A stretch of DNA of 64,000 nucleotides from Geosiphon pyriformis uo1 (lineage: Eukaryota; Fungi; Glomeromycota): assembly GCA_016748015.1 (NCBI GenBank), contig JAAOMT010000072.1, positions 1-64,000 on the forward strand, read 5' to 3'. Of the stretch, positions 1 to 11,272 are shown one piece after another. The position numbers were made by a program, and so were the translations under genes. Each line of letters starts with the position of its first letter. Position 1 is the stretch's first letter. The notes below the pieces were generated by a model. It had not been told where the DNA came from. It worked only from the letters and a program-made list of their open reading frames with translations, and did not search any database.

Positions 1-533
1 GACCAATCCACAACGTTACCACCCAGGAGCATCACCAAAATCGACCTAAAATTAGCGGTTGAAATTCCGCCAGGAATAATGGTTCAAATGGCGTCGCGAT
101 CAAGCCTCGCGAAAAAAGGAATAAGCGTTCAAGGAGGAGTAATTGACTCTGGATACACTGGAAATTTGATGGTTTTGCTACAGAACAATTCAGAAAAGCC
201 TTATACCATTGAATCTAAGGAAAAGATTGCACAAGCAATTTTCCTACCATTGGTAAAAATTGGGAAATTCGTGCCAGTGGAAAATTGTGAGGAATTGTCA
301 CAAACAACGAGAGGAACTTTTGGTTTCGGATCGACAGGAAAAGGAATTGAAGCGAATTTCGCTAAAACAATAGAGGAAAAAGACGAAGTAATTAAAAATG
401 AGCGGTCCATCATGCTCCTACCATATGGAAAATCAGAAATAAGAATAAAAAAGACAATTAAAGAAAAAGACCTAATATTTGAGCCCTACCCAGAAACTTG
501 CCAACAGTTTCTCATAGGACTTACTAACCTTTT
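1..533 (+). CDS. dut: Partial Gypsy pol containing a trimeric dUTPase domain; open from the window edge to the gap
   Basis: dUTPase motifs ASRSS, GVIDSGYTG, IAQA and RGTFGFGSTG are in frame from position 1; similar to the dUTPase of element C. Confidence 0.85.
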
Positions 534-1162
534 NNNNNNNNNNNNNNNNNNNNNNNNNNNNNNNNNNNNNNNNNNNNNNNNNNNNNNNNNNNNNNNNNNN
601 NNNNNNNNNNNNNNNNNNNNNNNNNNNNNNNNNNNNNNNNNNNNNNNNNNNNNNNNNNNNNNNNNNNNNNNNNNNNNNNNNNNNNNNNNNNNNNNNNNNN
701 NNNNNNNNNNNNNNNNNNNNNNNNNNNNNNNNNNNNNNNNNNNNNNNNNNNNNNNNNNNNNNNNNNNNNNNNNNNNNNNNNNNNNNNNNNNNNNNNNNNN
801 NNNNNNNNNNNNNNNNNNNNNNNNNNNNNNNNNNNNNNNNNNNNNNNNNNNNNNNNNNNNNNNNNNNNNNNNNNNNNNNNNNNNNNNNNNNNNNNNNNNN
901 NNNNNNNNNNNNNNNNNNNNNNNNNNNNNNNNNNNNNNNNNNNNNNNNNNNNNNNNNNNNNNNNNNNNNNNNNNNNNNNNNNNNNNNNNNNNNNNNNNNN
1001 NNNNNNNNNNNNNNNNNNNNNNNNNNNNNNNNNNNNNNNNNNNNNNNNNNNNNNNNNNNNNNNNNNNNNNNNNNNNNNNNNNNNNNNNNNNNNNNNNNNN
1101 NNNNNNNNNNNNNNNNNNNNNNNNNNNNNNNNNNNNNNNNNNNNNNNNNNNNNNNNNNNNNN
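534..1162. other. Assembly gap (N run)
   Basis: 629 N. Confidence 1.
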
Positions 1163-1463
1163 GCTAAAGACCATTAACATTCTGTGTTTCTAGATTAGAG
1201 AAACACATCAGGCAATTGCAAGGATAGCCTCAGAGAAGACCCCAGACAGTGGGTAGATTTCAGTTTAGCCTCTGAGAAGGAGTACATAAACACACACAAC
1301 AATCAAGAATTAAAGAATAACTTACATCGCAACAGTAAAAAGAAAGCCTTCAGTGTAACAGTGACATTATCACACAAATAGAATTGAGGAACTCACGAAA
1401 GACTGATTGCAATTAAAGCGGGATATCAGCAATTAAATATAACAAGAAAACCATCCCGTAACA
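1163..1463. mobile_element. Probable LTR terminus (one or two) of another Gypsy family, inserted into the 5' LTR of A1
   Basis: Ends ...CCCGTAACA at 1463 and abuts the middle of a family-A LTR; a second GTGTAACA ends at 1360; AAGGATAGCCT is also seen in the D-family LTR. Confidence 0.5.
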
Positions 1464-1991
1464 TCGTTGACCACTTTAAACAGCTATATAAGTGATAATT
1501 CCCTCAGCTGTAGAAAGACATAATCAAAGTAATGAAATAAACAATATTATTTACTTCCTTTCATAATCGCTTATTCTCCTTTCCTTACCTTCAAGTATCT
1601 ACTTGTTGGCATTCACATACCTTATCTTTTCCCTTTCTTGATTTGTATTTGTTATAATTAGCCTGAAAAGCAATTGGCTTGCTCTTGTAATTCATTGAAT
1701 AAAGAAACAATTGAAAAGTACAATGATACCTGTTATTGATTCTAAGAATCGCCGAGTTGAGGCATAGAATAATAGCAGCGGTGTTATCTTGTTGACAATC
1801 ACGGACTATTCCTCTACCTTCAGATTTAAGAAAAGATTAGCGACTGTGATTTTTATGAGACTGATCATGTACATTGAATTCTTACTTATTCAATTTGCTC
1901 CCTTATTGTAATTTCTTCTTTGTTTATTTCCATCACCATACAATACTGTTCTCCCTTGCTATCCGTTAGCTTGTTACTCCAACCCGTAACA
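1464..1991 (+). repeat. A1 5' LTR (3' part)
   Basis: Matches 8404-8931; ends GTAACA; followed by the PBS. Confidence 0.93.
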
Positions 1992-1997
1992 TAAAAG

Positions 1998-2014
1998 TGG
2001 TGCTCCCTGTGAGG
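1998..2014 (+). promoter_or_regulatory. Primer-binding site, probably tRNA-Ile(UAU)
   Basis: TGGTGCTCCCTGTGAGG is the complement of CCUCACAGGGAGCACCA; also at 15394-15410, 31005-31021, 37467-37483, 58628-58644. Confidence 0.8.
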
Positions 2015-2043
2015 TAGTCAAAATTCACTTATTCCCTCATTGT

Positions 2044-3597
2044 ATGGGTGATTACTCATATCTGCCACAGCAATCAGAAGAACACTTTGCAGCACACAAC
2101 AGAAATGACCAAAGTTTCATTGAACTTAATCCTCTGCCCTCCTGCTTGATCTGCTTCCCCCTTGAAAAACAATCCAGTAGACAATTCCAAGACTTTTGGA
2201 ACTGGTTCCTGAACAAGCATTTAGCTGAAACCTACACAGCTTATACAACCTATTACTTTGACCAAGCTTATTTTGAAAATGACTTTGAAGAAAGAAACAA
2301 CAGTATCAATCAGTTCTTATATTCTGCAACCTTTGAACAACAGCCCCCTGATTTCGAATATCTGAATCATCAAATCCACATTTGGATTGCTGCCCATCAA
2401 GCAACTGAAACTTCCTTTGAAACAGAAGAAGAAAGCTACCAAACTGCCCCTGTTTTTGATCTTTTATCAAGCAAATCAGACTCATCTACACAAACAGTTA
2501 CCTCTGAACCAATGGCTAATGACCCCATGCAAGCAAACATTCTGGCCGCCCTCCAAGGTATACAAACTGCTTTAGGGCAAAGAAACAACACCCCAATACC
2601 ATTATTTAGAGGTGATGCACAAGATCCAATTGAATGGTTAGATGACTTTGAAAGAGCTGTTACAGCCAATCAATATGATGATGAGTACAAGTTCCAAATT
2701 GTTGGTGGCTACCTTCAAGGATCCCCTGCTACCTGGTTCTCACAAGAAACAGATGTCAATGCTCAGCAAAGAATCGTTAGATAGACACCAGCAAATGTGG
2801 GAGAAATCAACACTTCTTTCACTACCCGGTTTGAAAACAAGTTCAGAACCCCAATATTAATATCAAAATGGCATATGGAATTGGAAAGAAAAACCCAAGG
2901 TCCCGGTGAAGTTGTAACTGAATACACCAAAGCAATCAGAAAGTTAATCAAATGAGTAGATACTGGAAGAAATTGGACAGAAGAGCAGAAAATTCACTCC
3001 TTCACAAAAGGATTGAGAACTGATCTATCATATGCTCTTTGGCCCCTTCTGGCCCTGAAAGATAATCCCACCATGGATATGGCCATTGAATTAGCACAAA
3101 GAATTGAAGACAACCAAAGGATGCACTTGGGATTCACACTACCAGTTTTTGCTCCTGTTTCTGTCATGGCTCCTGCCCCTCAAATGGCTGCTACTTCTTT
3201 TGCCACTCACACTCAAGATCCAAATGAACAGTTAATAGACAGACTCACAGCAAATCTTGCTTGGTTATTAGAACTCTTAGCCCAAGCAGTCAGAGAAAAT
3301 CAGCAACCACAAAGACCCAGATTTGAACTATGCTTCAATCAGCCCCAGCAACCACCTTATCAAAGACAACAAAATTGTGGCCCACCTGTATGCTATCACT
3401 GTGAATTAACAGGACACTTTTCAAGAGATTGCAACAATTCTCTACTGCCTCCACCAGTCCCCAGAAACAATGATGCTTAGAACAACAGGATCAACAACAA
3501 CAATGTGCCCAACCAAAAACCCAATTATGCCAACATCAATTTCTTTGGAGAGGATCCCCTAGTTGAAGCCACTATTTATTAGCCTTTAAACTGGTAG
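2044..3597 (+). pseudogene. gag: A1 gag (518 codons, several premature stops)
   Basis: Retrotransposon gag-like core (DPIEWLDDFERA, QGPGEVVTEY); CCHC knuckle CYHCELTGHFSRDC; ends PLNW*. Confidence 0.9.
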
Positions 3598-3633
3598 ATG
3601 CACCTTCAAAGGGTGAGAGTACAAGCCAACCAG
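3585..3633 (+). promoter_or_regulatory. Putative -1 programmed ribosomal frameshift site (T TTA AAC plus stem-loop)
   Basis: Heptamer in gag frame just before the gag stop; the -1 frame runs stop-free into pol; conserved in four copies. Confidence 0.8.
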
Positions 3634-6256
3634 AAGAAAACCCCTTTTACACTTTTAACTTAACTGATGATGACTATGACATGGATGAATTAGCAATCAA
3701 CCCCTCTGAATCCACAAGAAAGAAGAAGAAAGCCAAAGTTGATTTCGTTCTAGACCCCAATAAAGCTTCTACATTAACTGCTGACAACAATAAGCCCCCA
3801 AAAGCCAAAGTTTTCAAGAACTCTCCAAAGTTGGAACCCCCAGAAATAGTACAAAAATCTGGTCCCTATTCTGTTGTCAAAGACCTTATGGAAACCCCAG
3901 CACATATAACCTTTGGCCAATTGATGACCCATCCACAATTCAGAAAAGATCTTCGCAAATCCCTGATTCCAAAGAAAAAGACACCCAAAACCAACAAATG
4001 CCCTCGCCAAGCTGGACTTGCTGACAATAGCAATGTCACTTCTCTAATTTGTAAAGCCCAAGTGGCTGGCTACTTCATTGATTTGATCCTAGACAGTGGA
4101 TCATCTGTTAGTGTTATTGCCAAACACTTTCTTGAAGCAATTGGCAGAAAAATTGATGAACCATCCACATGACCAATGACCAATGTGCATGGTGATAAGA
4201 AGAAAGGGCTTGGCATAGCCAAAGCTATTCCTGTCCGCATCAATGGCATCAGCATTGAAACTGATATGGAAGTGTCTGAAGCAAAAGAATACACCATCAT
4301 TGTTGGCAATAAATGGCTCAAGAAAGCAAAGGCTTTGCTTGATTATGAACTCTGTGAACTAACCATCAGATGTGGTGAGAAACCCATTGTGGTTAAGTGT
4401 CGCCATTGGACAACTCCCCCAGTACCCAAGCAGAGCCCAGAAGAAAATGAATCAGATAAATCAGATGATGAAAAAAGTGAGGAAGAAGAAGAACAAAAAG
4501 AACAAAAAGAAACTGCTGAACTTGCCTATACCATCTTCACTAGCAATGGCAAACTACTGGATAATGTCAAGGCAGATAAAAAAGGAATCATTGTTAATGG
4601 CAAGCTGATCTGCTGGCCTTATTATGACATGCTCAGAAGAACCTTTGACAGAAAGCCAGGCAAGAAAGCCAAATACAGTTATTGGTGGCATGGTCCTTGT
4701 GCCTGGTGCTGGTGTGACAAACCATTGTATTCTCCTAGCAATGAATGCATGTCCTGCCTGATCTATTACAAAGATTGGGAACCAATCAGCTTGATACCCT
4801 GAGAGGAAATAAAAGAAGTCCAAAAGTCCTTTGAAAATGAACCACCTGAAATCCAATCACTGGTTGTAGAACAAAGAGAACCCTCTTCAGAAGAAAGAAA
4901 AGTAGACATTGAAAACCTACTGGCTAGAAACAGCCCAGTTATCTCAAAAGAAGGTAAACCTCCTGGACATACACATGTGATACAACACACCCCATCCATT
5001 TGAAGCCCTATCAATCCAACCAGCGCAATGATGAATTTATCAAAAAGAAAATAACCCGAATGAAAACCCTTGGATTCATACAGGAAACCAAGAGTGAATG
5101 GGCATTCCCAGTTGTAGTGGTATCCAAGAAAGGAGGAACCCTACGCTTTTGTGTTCACTATCGCCAATTAAATACCATTACTGAAAGAGACATGTACCCA
5201 CTTCCCAAGATTGATGCAATGCTAGACCAATTCCATGGTGCCGCTTTCTTCTCAACTATTGACTTAACTGCTGGATTCTGGCAAGTAGAGATGGATCCAG
5301 AAAGCAGAAAGAAAACTGCCTTCATCACCAAGTATGGTACCTACGAATTCACAGTCATGCCTTTTGGTCTCACAAATGCTCCTCCCACATTTCAACGCTT
5401 AATGGACAAAGTATTTGAATTAGTAAAAGAAAACTTTGCTCTAGTTTACTTGGATGACATAATGGTGTACTCAAAAATCTGGGATGAACACCTTGAACAT
5501 TTGCAAAAGGTTTTTGACCTCCTTAGAAATGCTGGTCTCAAGATCAATCCAATCAAATCATTCTTTGGACATCAATCCACCCAGTTCCTTGGCCATCTTA
5601 TTACAAAAGATGGAATCTTCCCTGATCCAGCCAAAATTGAAAAAGTTCAAAACATTAGGCAACTAATGAATGTTCATGAACTATGCTCTTTTCTTGGTTT
5701 GGCCTCTTATTATCGCAAGTTTGTCAAGGATTTCTCCAAAATCGCTGCTCCTCTCAATCAGCTACTTAGGAAAAACATCAATTATCACTGGGGCACTCAT
5801 CAACAAAAAGCATTTGAAATTCTGAAGGAAAAACTGGTTACAGAACCCATCCTCATGCAACCTAATTTGGATCAACCTTTTATCCTCCACACTGATGCAT
5901 CTGGCTATGGACTTGGTGCTGTTCTTTCCCAAAAAGATGAAGATAACAGAGAACATGCTGTAGCATATGCCAGTAGAACTTTCACACCAGCAGAAAGAAA
6001 CTACTCAGTTACTGAGCAGGAATGCTTAGCAGTAGTTTGGGCTACCAGCTACTGGGACAAATATCTTAAGAGTGTGAAATTTTTGGTGATAACAGATCAC
6101 CAAGCTTTGGTTTGGCTACACAACAAAAGAAACCTGGAACATAAACGGATAACTCGCTGGATACTCCACTTGGACGAATTCGACTATGACATTCAATACT
6201 GCAAAGGAGCTAATCATCAAAATGCTGACACTCTCTTTAGACTTACCATCTAGTGA
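3585..6256 (+). pseudogene. pol: A1 pol: aspartic protease, acidic/Cys-rich linker, RT, RNase H
   Basis: LILDSGSS; MPFGLTNAP; YLDD; LHTDASGYGLGAVL; ECLAVVWA; ITDHQAL; stops plus one deletion near 4990. Confidence 0.93.
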
Positions 6257-6321
6257 TAGTAAAACCCTCTCAAACCAAACCAACTTAATTATTTGTAACT
6301 CCCCCACAAACAAACACGATA

Positions 6322-7629
6322 ATGGACTTGGACAACTACTCTGCTTTAATGAAATTTTTGGGTAAAGGACAATACCCGCCGGACTATACTCAACAGCAAA
6401 GAGAACATTTGCGCAAACAATCAAATTTCTATTTGATTCGCCAGAACCAGTTATATAAAAGAAATAGAAAAGATCCTGACTGCCCCCAGAGAGTCATTAG
6501 ATTTGAAGAAAGAGAAATTGTGATCTACAATATGCACACTGATCCATTAACTGGACACTTTGGAAAAACAAAAACAATTCAGAAAACTTTAGCTTGCTAT
6601 TATTGGCCTACCTTGGGAAAAGACATTGCTGAATACATTAAAACCTGTGATACCTGCCAAAGAAGAGGAAAACCCAATCGCAAGGAAGATATCCATCCAA
6701 TCTCTGTTGGTCAACCATTTGATAGAATTGGTATAGATGTTGTTGGACCTTTAACAGTAACTCCTGATGGCAACAGATACATTATCACAGCTACTGACTA
6801 TTTTACAAAGTGGGTAGAAGCAAGAGCCACCCCAGATCAAACAGCAGTCTCAATTGCCAATTTCATTTATGAAGATATTATCTGTCACCACGGCTGCCCT
6901 AAATAACTTTTATCTAATAGAGGAAGAGCTTTTCTCAGTACACTGGTTGAAGAACTTTGCAGAAAAATGGGAATACGTCATAAACTCTCTTCCCCTTATC
7001 ACCCCCAAACAAATGGCCTAGTGGAACGTTTCAATAGAACACTATGTGAAACCCTAGCCAAAACCAGTGAAGAAACCAACCTATGGGACAAAGTATTGTC
7101 TTCAGCCTTGTTTGCTTACAGAACTGTGAATCATGACATAACAAGTTATGAACCTTTTTATTTGCTCTATGGATGCATAACAACACTACCAATAGAAACT
7201 AATATTAAAACAATACCCTTTGAAAAGATCACAATAGGGAATTACAAAGACATTTTGCAAAGGAAACTTGGTACCATTCTTGATTCATTGGTAGAAGCAC
7301 GGATAATTGCCTTTGAAAAGATAAAACAGTTCCAAAAGAAGCTCAAAAAGAAAAAGACCTATAAAACACTTTCCTTAAGTGTTGGTGACTTAGTTTTGGA
7401 ATACTGTTCAGACAGAGACAATGTCTATGGTGATAAATTCTCTAGCCAGTGGAAAGGACCCTTTATAGTCAACAAAGTTTTGAACAATGGTTCTTATATC
7501 TTACAAGATCAATATGGAACAATATTCAGTAATCACCCTGTTCATGGCATGCGACTCAAAAAATATCACAAACGACCTGATTGGTTACCTGTTGTGGTAA
7601 TACTGACCCAAATGATCAGCAAAAATTAG
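6322..7629 (+). pseudogene. A1 integrase (own ORF)
   Basis: HHCC (H..GHFG..CDTC), IGIDVVGP, NGLVERFN, WKGPF; no chromodomain seen; one internal stop at 6904. Confidence 0.92.
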
Positions 7630-7676
7630 ATATAAATAAATGCACCATTCCCAAAACAGAGGTATCTTCAATCGAC

Positions 7677-8332
7677 ATGAACAATTATTTCCTGGATCAA
7701 AACATTCAAAACGCTTTCTATACTTTCCATGAGTACTGGATCAAGAACTATCCAAATGCTACTCTGACTATTGGAAAACAAACCACTATAACAGACAACA
7801 GTGGAACTCACACTGTTATTAGACCAAAGAAAACAACTACCAGAAGAGAAAGAATTGGTGGCAAAATGGATAAATACCTGCTGGAAAGCATAACAGCAGC
7901 GATACTTTCACCTTCCAGCACAATTGGAAAAACAATACAAGAAATCTTGCCCATAGACAAAAACTTGTCATATGGAAGACAACTAGAACTCTATGGTCAT
8001 CTTGGTGAAATCATAGAAGACATGAAGCTCATGAAGAAAACAACTTCAGAGATACAAGTGGAAATTTTGGGCATTATACGATTGGATGTCCCAATAGTTT
8101 GACCATTGCTAAAAGAGCCAAAACTCTAATACAAAGATTTAGTCTCTTGGATACAAAGCTTATTTCGCCTCAAGTACTATATACTCTATCCACAAAAAAC
8201 TTCAACAAACTAGTTAGTTTTGAGTTAGACAAAACCCTTCACATAGACTATCCCATAAATAGTTTGATTTCGCCGGAGCTCAATCTCTTTGGAGAGGATA
8301 ATGTTATGGTTGAAACACATAGTTTTTATTAA
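7677..8332 (+). pseudogene. A1 extra ORF4 of unknown function, running through the PPT into the 3' LTR
   Basis: Homologous in four family-A copies; stop-free at 38835-39587; one frameshift here near 8095. Confidence 0.75.
8291..8301 (+). promoter_or_regulatory. Polypurine tract
   Basis: GGAGAGGATAA immediately before the LTR start TGTTA. Confidence 0.75.
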
Positions 8333-8931
8333 TTATCACATGTATTAGCCAATGATGTCATATAATTAGCCACCCTATTTTTAGATAGTGATCATTGACC
8401 TAATCGTTGACCACTTTAGACAGCTATATAAGCGATAATTCCCTCAGCTGTAGAAAGACATGATCAAAGTAACGAAATAAACAATATTAATTACTTCCTC
8501 TCATAATCGCTTATTCTCCTTTCCTTACCTTCAAGTATCTACTTGTTGGCATTCACATACCTTATCTTTTTCCCTTCTTGATTTGTATTTGTTAGAATTA
8601 ACCTGAGAAGCAATTGGCTTGCTCTTGTAATTCATTGAATAAAGAAACAATTGAAAAGTACAACAATACCTGTTATTGATTCTAAGAATTGCCGAGTTGA
8701 GGCATAGAATAATAGCAGTGGTGTTATCTTGTTGACAATCATGGACTATTCTTCTACTTTCAGATTTAAGAAAAGATTAGCAACTGTGATTTTTATGAGA
8801 CTGATCACGCACATTGAATTCCTACTTATTCAATTTGCTCCCTTATTGTAATTTCTTCTTTGTTTATTTCCATCACCATACAATACTGTTCTCCCTTGCT
8901 ATCCATTAGCTTGTTACTCCAACCTGTAACA
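8302..8931 (+). repeat. A1 3' LTR (630 bp)
   Basis: TGTTA...TAACA termini; TATATAA; two 12-bp repeat units. Confidence 0.95.
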
Positions 8932-11153
8932 CTACTTTTGCTACCTAATGTATTAAACATATCTAATTCATACATCTTACTCATAATGCATACAAGTTCA
9001 TGACTACTTTTAACAAGACTGGTTATCCACTTAGCAGTCTGATCTGGATCGGACTTGATATTAGAGGATTGAACCTCCCATAACTCCATCATTGCATCAA
9101 ATGTATCATCATAGACTAAAAAATCTTTAGCATCACTATTATCATCATCATTATCATCATCATTATCATTCATGTCTTCATCATCAGATATGTTATAGTG
9201 TATCTTCCCACTCCTCAACTTGAGGGCCCCTACTTCCTTTTGCAGCACAGAAGCCACAGCACAAACAGCCTTAATTTGGTTTCCCAATCCAATCACACTT
9301 TCCTTCATTGCCTCTGCCATAACTGGTGGAGTAAACAACAACAACGTAGTAACCAATGCAACCAAAGAACTCACAGGCTCAACTATAGATTTGATCAACA
9401 AAGACAGTTCACCAAGTTGGGTTTCCAGAGAAGCCAACCTAGCATTAACAGCAACATCTGAACCAGAAGAGGCAACCGGCAATAGCAGCACCACAACTTT
9501 GGGGGAGGTACTGAAAGCCAGACCCGTATTAGTAGCAGCAGCAACAGGAGGAACCACAGAAGTGGCGGCTTTGGCATAGGATTTAGCTCCAATGAGAGAT
9601 GACTTGAAAATGATGGGACCACCAGCAGAATTAGAAGAGAGTTTGGGAGGGAGAGGTGGCAACACCTTGCAGTCCACAGCCAAATGATCTAAACTTTGAC
9701 ATCTATAGCAGTGACGACATCCAGGAGTTTCCCACCAGATGCAAGATACCAGTTTTTGAAACAGCAGCGTTCAATGATTCCAAAGAGCCAAAGGTCACCA
9801 CTGCAAAGCATTGACGTCAATAGGAATCAGGGGAGCGGGGAATGAAACACATACGGCCACCAACTTGGGAGACCAGATCACTTATCTCAAATGCAGTGCA
9901 GCCAAATGGAAGATTAACCAGCTTAGCTTTGAAAGCATCTCTTGAAGAGATAACCTCCAACACAGACCAGTTAGAGAGAGCAGCAGCAGCAGAAGAAATG
10001 TCCTTAAAGTTAACCACAGCATATTGCCATAAGCCAGCAGGCTTCAACTTAACAGAAGTGACAACACCAAAAATGCCAAGAGCAGATTTGATGTCATCAG
10101 AAGAGGCACCCAAGGGTACATCACACAGTGCAACTGACAAAAAAGGGGAAGAAACAGAGGCCACTCCTGAAGACCGTGCAATCTTAAGAGTGGTTAAAAA
10201 AACCTCATTACCAATGGCCACTTTGGTAGCACCATTTAGACACTCCTGAGATGCAAATTCTACACAGAACAACTTGACCATCTCGTGAAACAGATTTAAG
10301 CCCAATACAACCAGGCATCAACTGAAACAAAGAACTGAGCAAAGCCATCTTAATCTTAAACGTAACACCAGATACAAGATTAGAGGCCACCCAATCAGAG
10401 AACCTTTGACGTCCATTCACATTCACCCAAGCACTAGCATCAGATGCACCAGAAACTGGGGGGGGGAACAGTTGATTCCATTTCCATCTGATCAGCCCAA
10501 TCTTTGAGATCATCTGGATTGATGGACTGTTTTGCTACTGGGATTGGCGATGATCTGCCAAAGAGTACCACATCAGGCAACACAGCCAGTGGTTGATCTT
10601 GGCCCATCTTGGGAGATGTGCCACTGCTGTTGCCATCCATATCAGGAATAGGGCTGGCTGCTGCTGTGGAAGATCTCATCTGGAACCACAAAGGAGTTCA
10701 GTGTGACCATGGCAGTTGCAACTGCCTGCTGCTGTTTTTTGGGATTTTTTGCTTTTGTGGCCATTTGTGAAGCAGTAGTAGTAGAAGTAGTAGTGGGAGT
10801 GGTGAGAGCAGGAAAAACCAACTTGTTGACTGGTCTGTTATTAAAAATTTTTGGGCTCTTTGAAGTGGTAGAGACAACACTAGGACTAACTCAAGTGTGC
10901 CTTTTTGAAGGGACTTTGACTGGAGAAAAACTTCCAGCCAAAGGAGAAGAAAATGAACCAGAAGCCGCTAAAGGCAGCTTATTATTTTTTAAAAGAAATG
11001 TTGCCAGAATGTTTTGTCTAGCTGCTTCAATAACAGAGAGATCCTCTTATGTTGAAACTTTATTAGTTACTATAGGAAAAGTAACGTTTACAACTTTTTT
11101 ACTCTTAGCTCTATTCGTGGTTATGAAATTTAGGAGAGAAAGAGTTTTTTTTT
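8932..11153 (-). mobile_element. ORF1-only non-LTR element, copy H1 (3' end displaced by the A1 insertion)
   Basis: Homologous to H2 along its length; RRM-like, CCHC and acidic segments; inserted at the start of the A2 integrase. Confidence 0.88.
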
Positions 11154-11272
11154 GTCTTTTTTTTTTCCCAAAAATTCCATTAAGGCAGAGTAGTTGTCCA
11201 AGTCCATTATCGTGTTTAATTGTAAGAGAATTACTAATAATTAGGTTGGTTTGGTTTGAGATAGTTGTACTG

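Larger units (their letters stand above)
1464..8931 (+). mobile_element. Ty3/Gypsy LTR retrotransposon, family A copy A1 (5' LTR truncated by an insertion)
   Basis: Near-identical LTRs 1464-1991 and 8302-8931, PBS, gag, PR-RT-RNH, IN, extra ORF, PPT; right flank CTAC. Confidence 0.95.

Noticed and set aside
524-1180. Long ORFs spanning the N run
   Set aside because: Gap artefact; only 1-533 is real sequence
1-1463. dUTPase fragment and the LTR end at 1463 as one element
   Set aside because: The stated gap is too short for RT-RNH-IN and linkage cannot be shown; left unassigned
7440-7629. Chromodomain at the integrase C-terminus
   Set aside because: Only a GPF-type module is followed by a short tail; no chromodomain motif
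7677-8332. env gene interpretation of ORF4
   Set aside because: No signal peptide, transmembrane segment or furin/fusion peptide pattern visible
8826-9683. 285-aa ORF ending in VTGWSNKLMDSKGEQ (similar peptides at 19344-19619 and 20826-21023)
   Set aside because: Read-through into the antisense LTR; junction artefact
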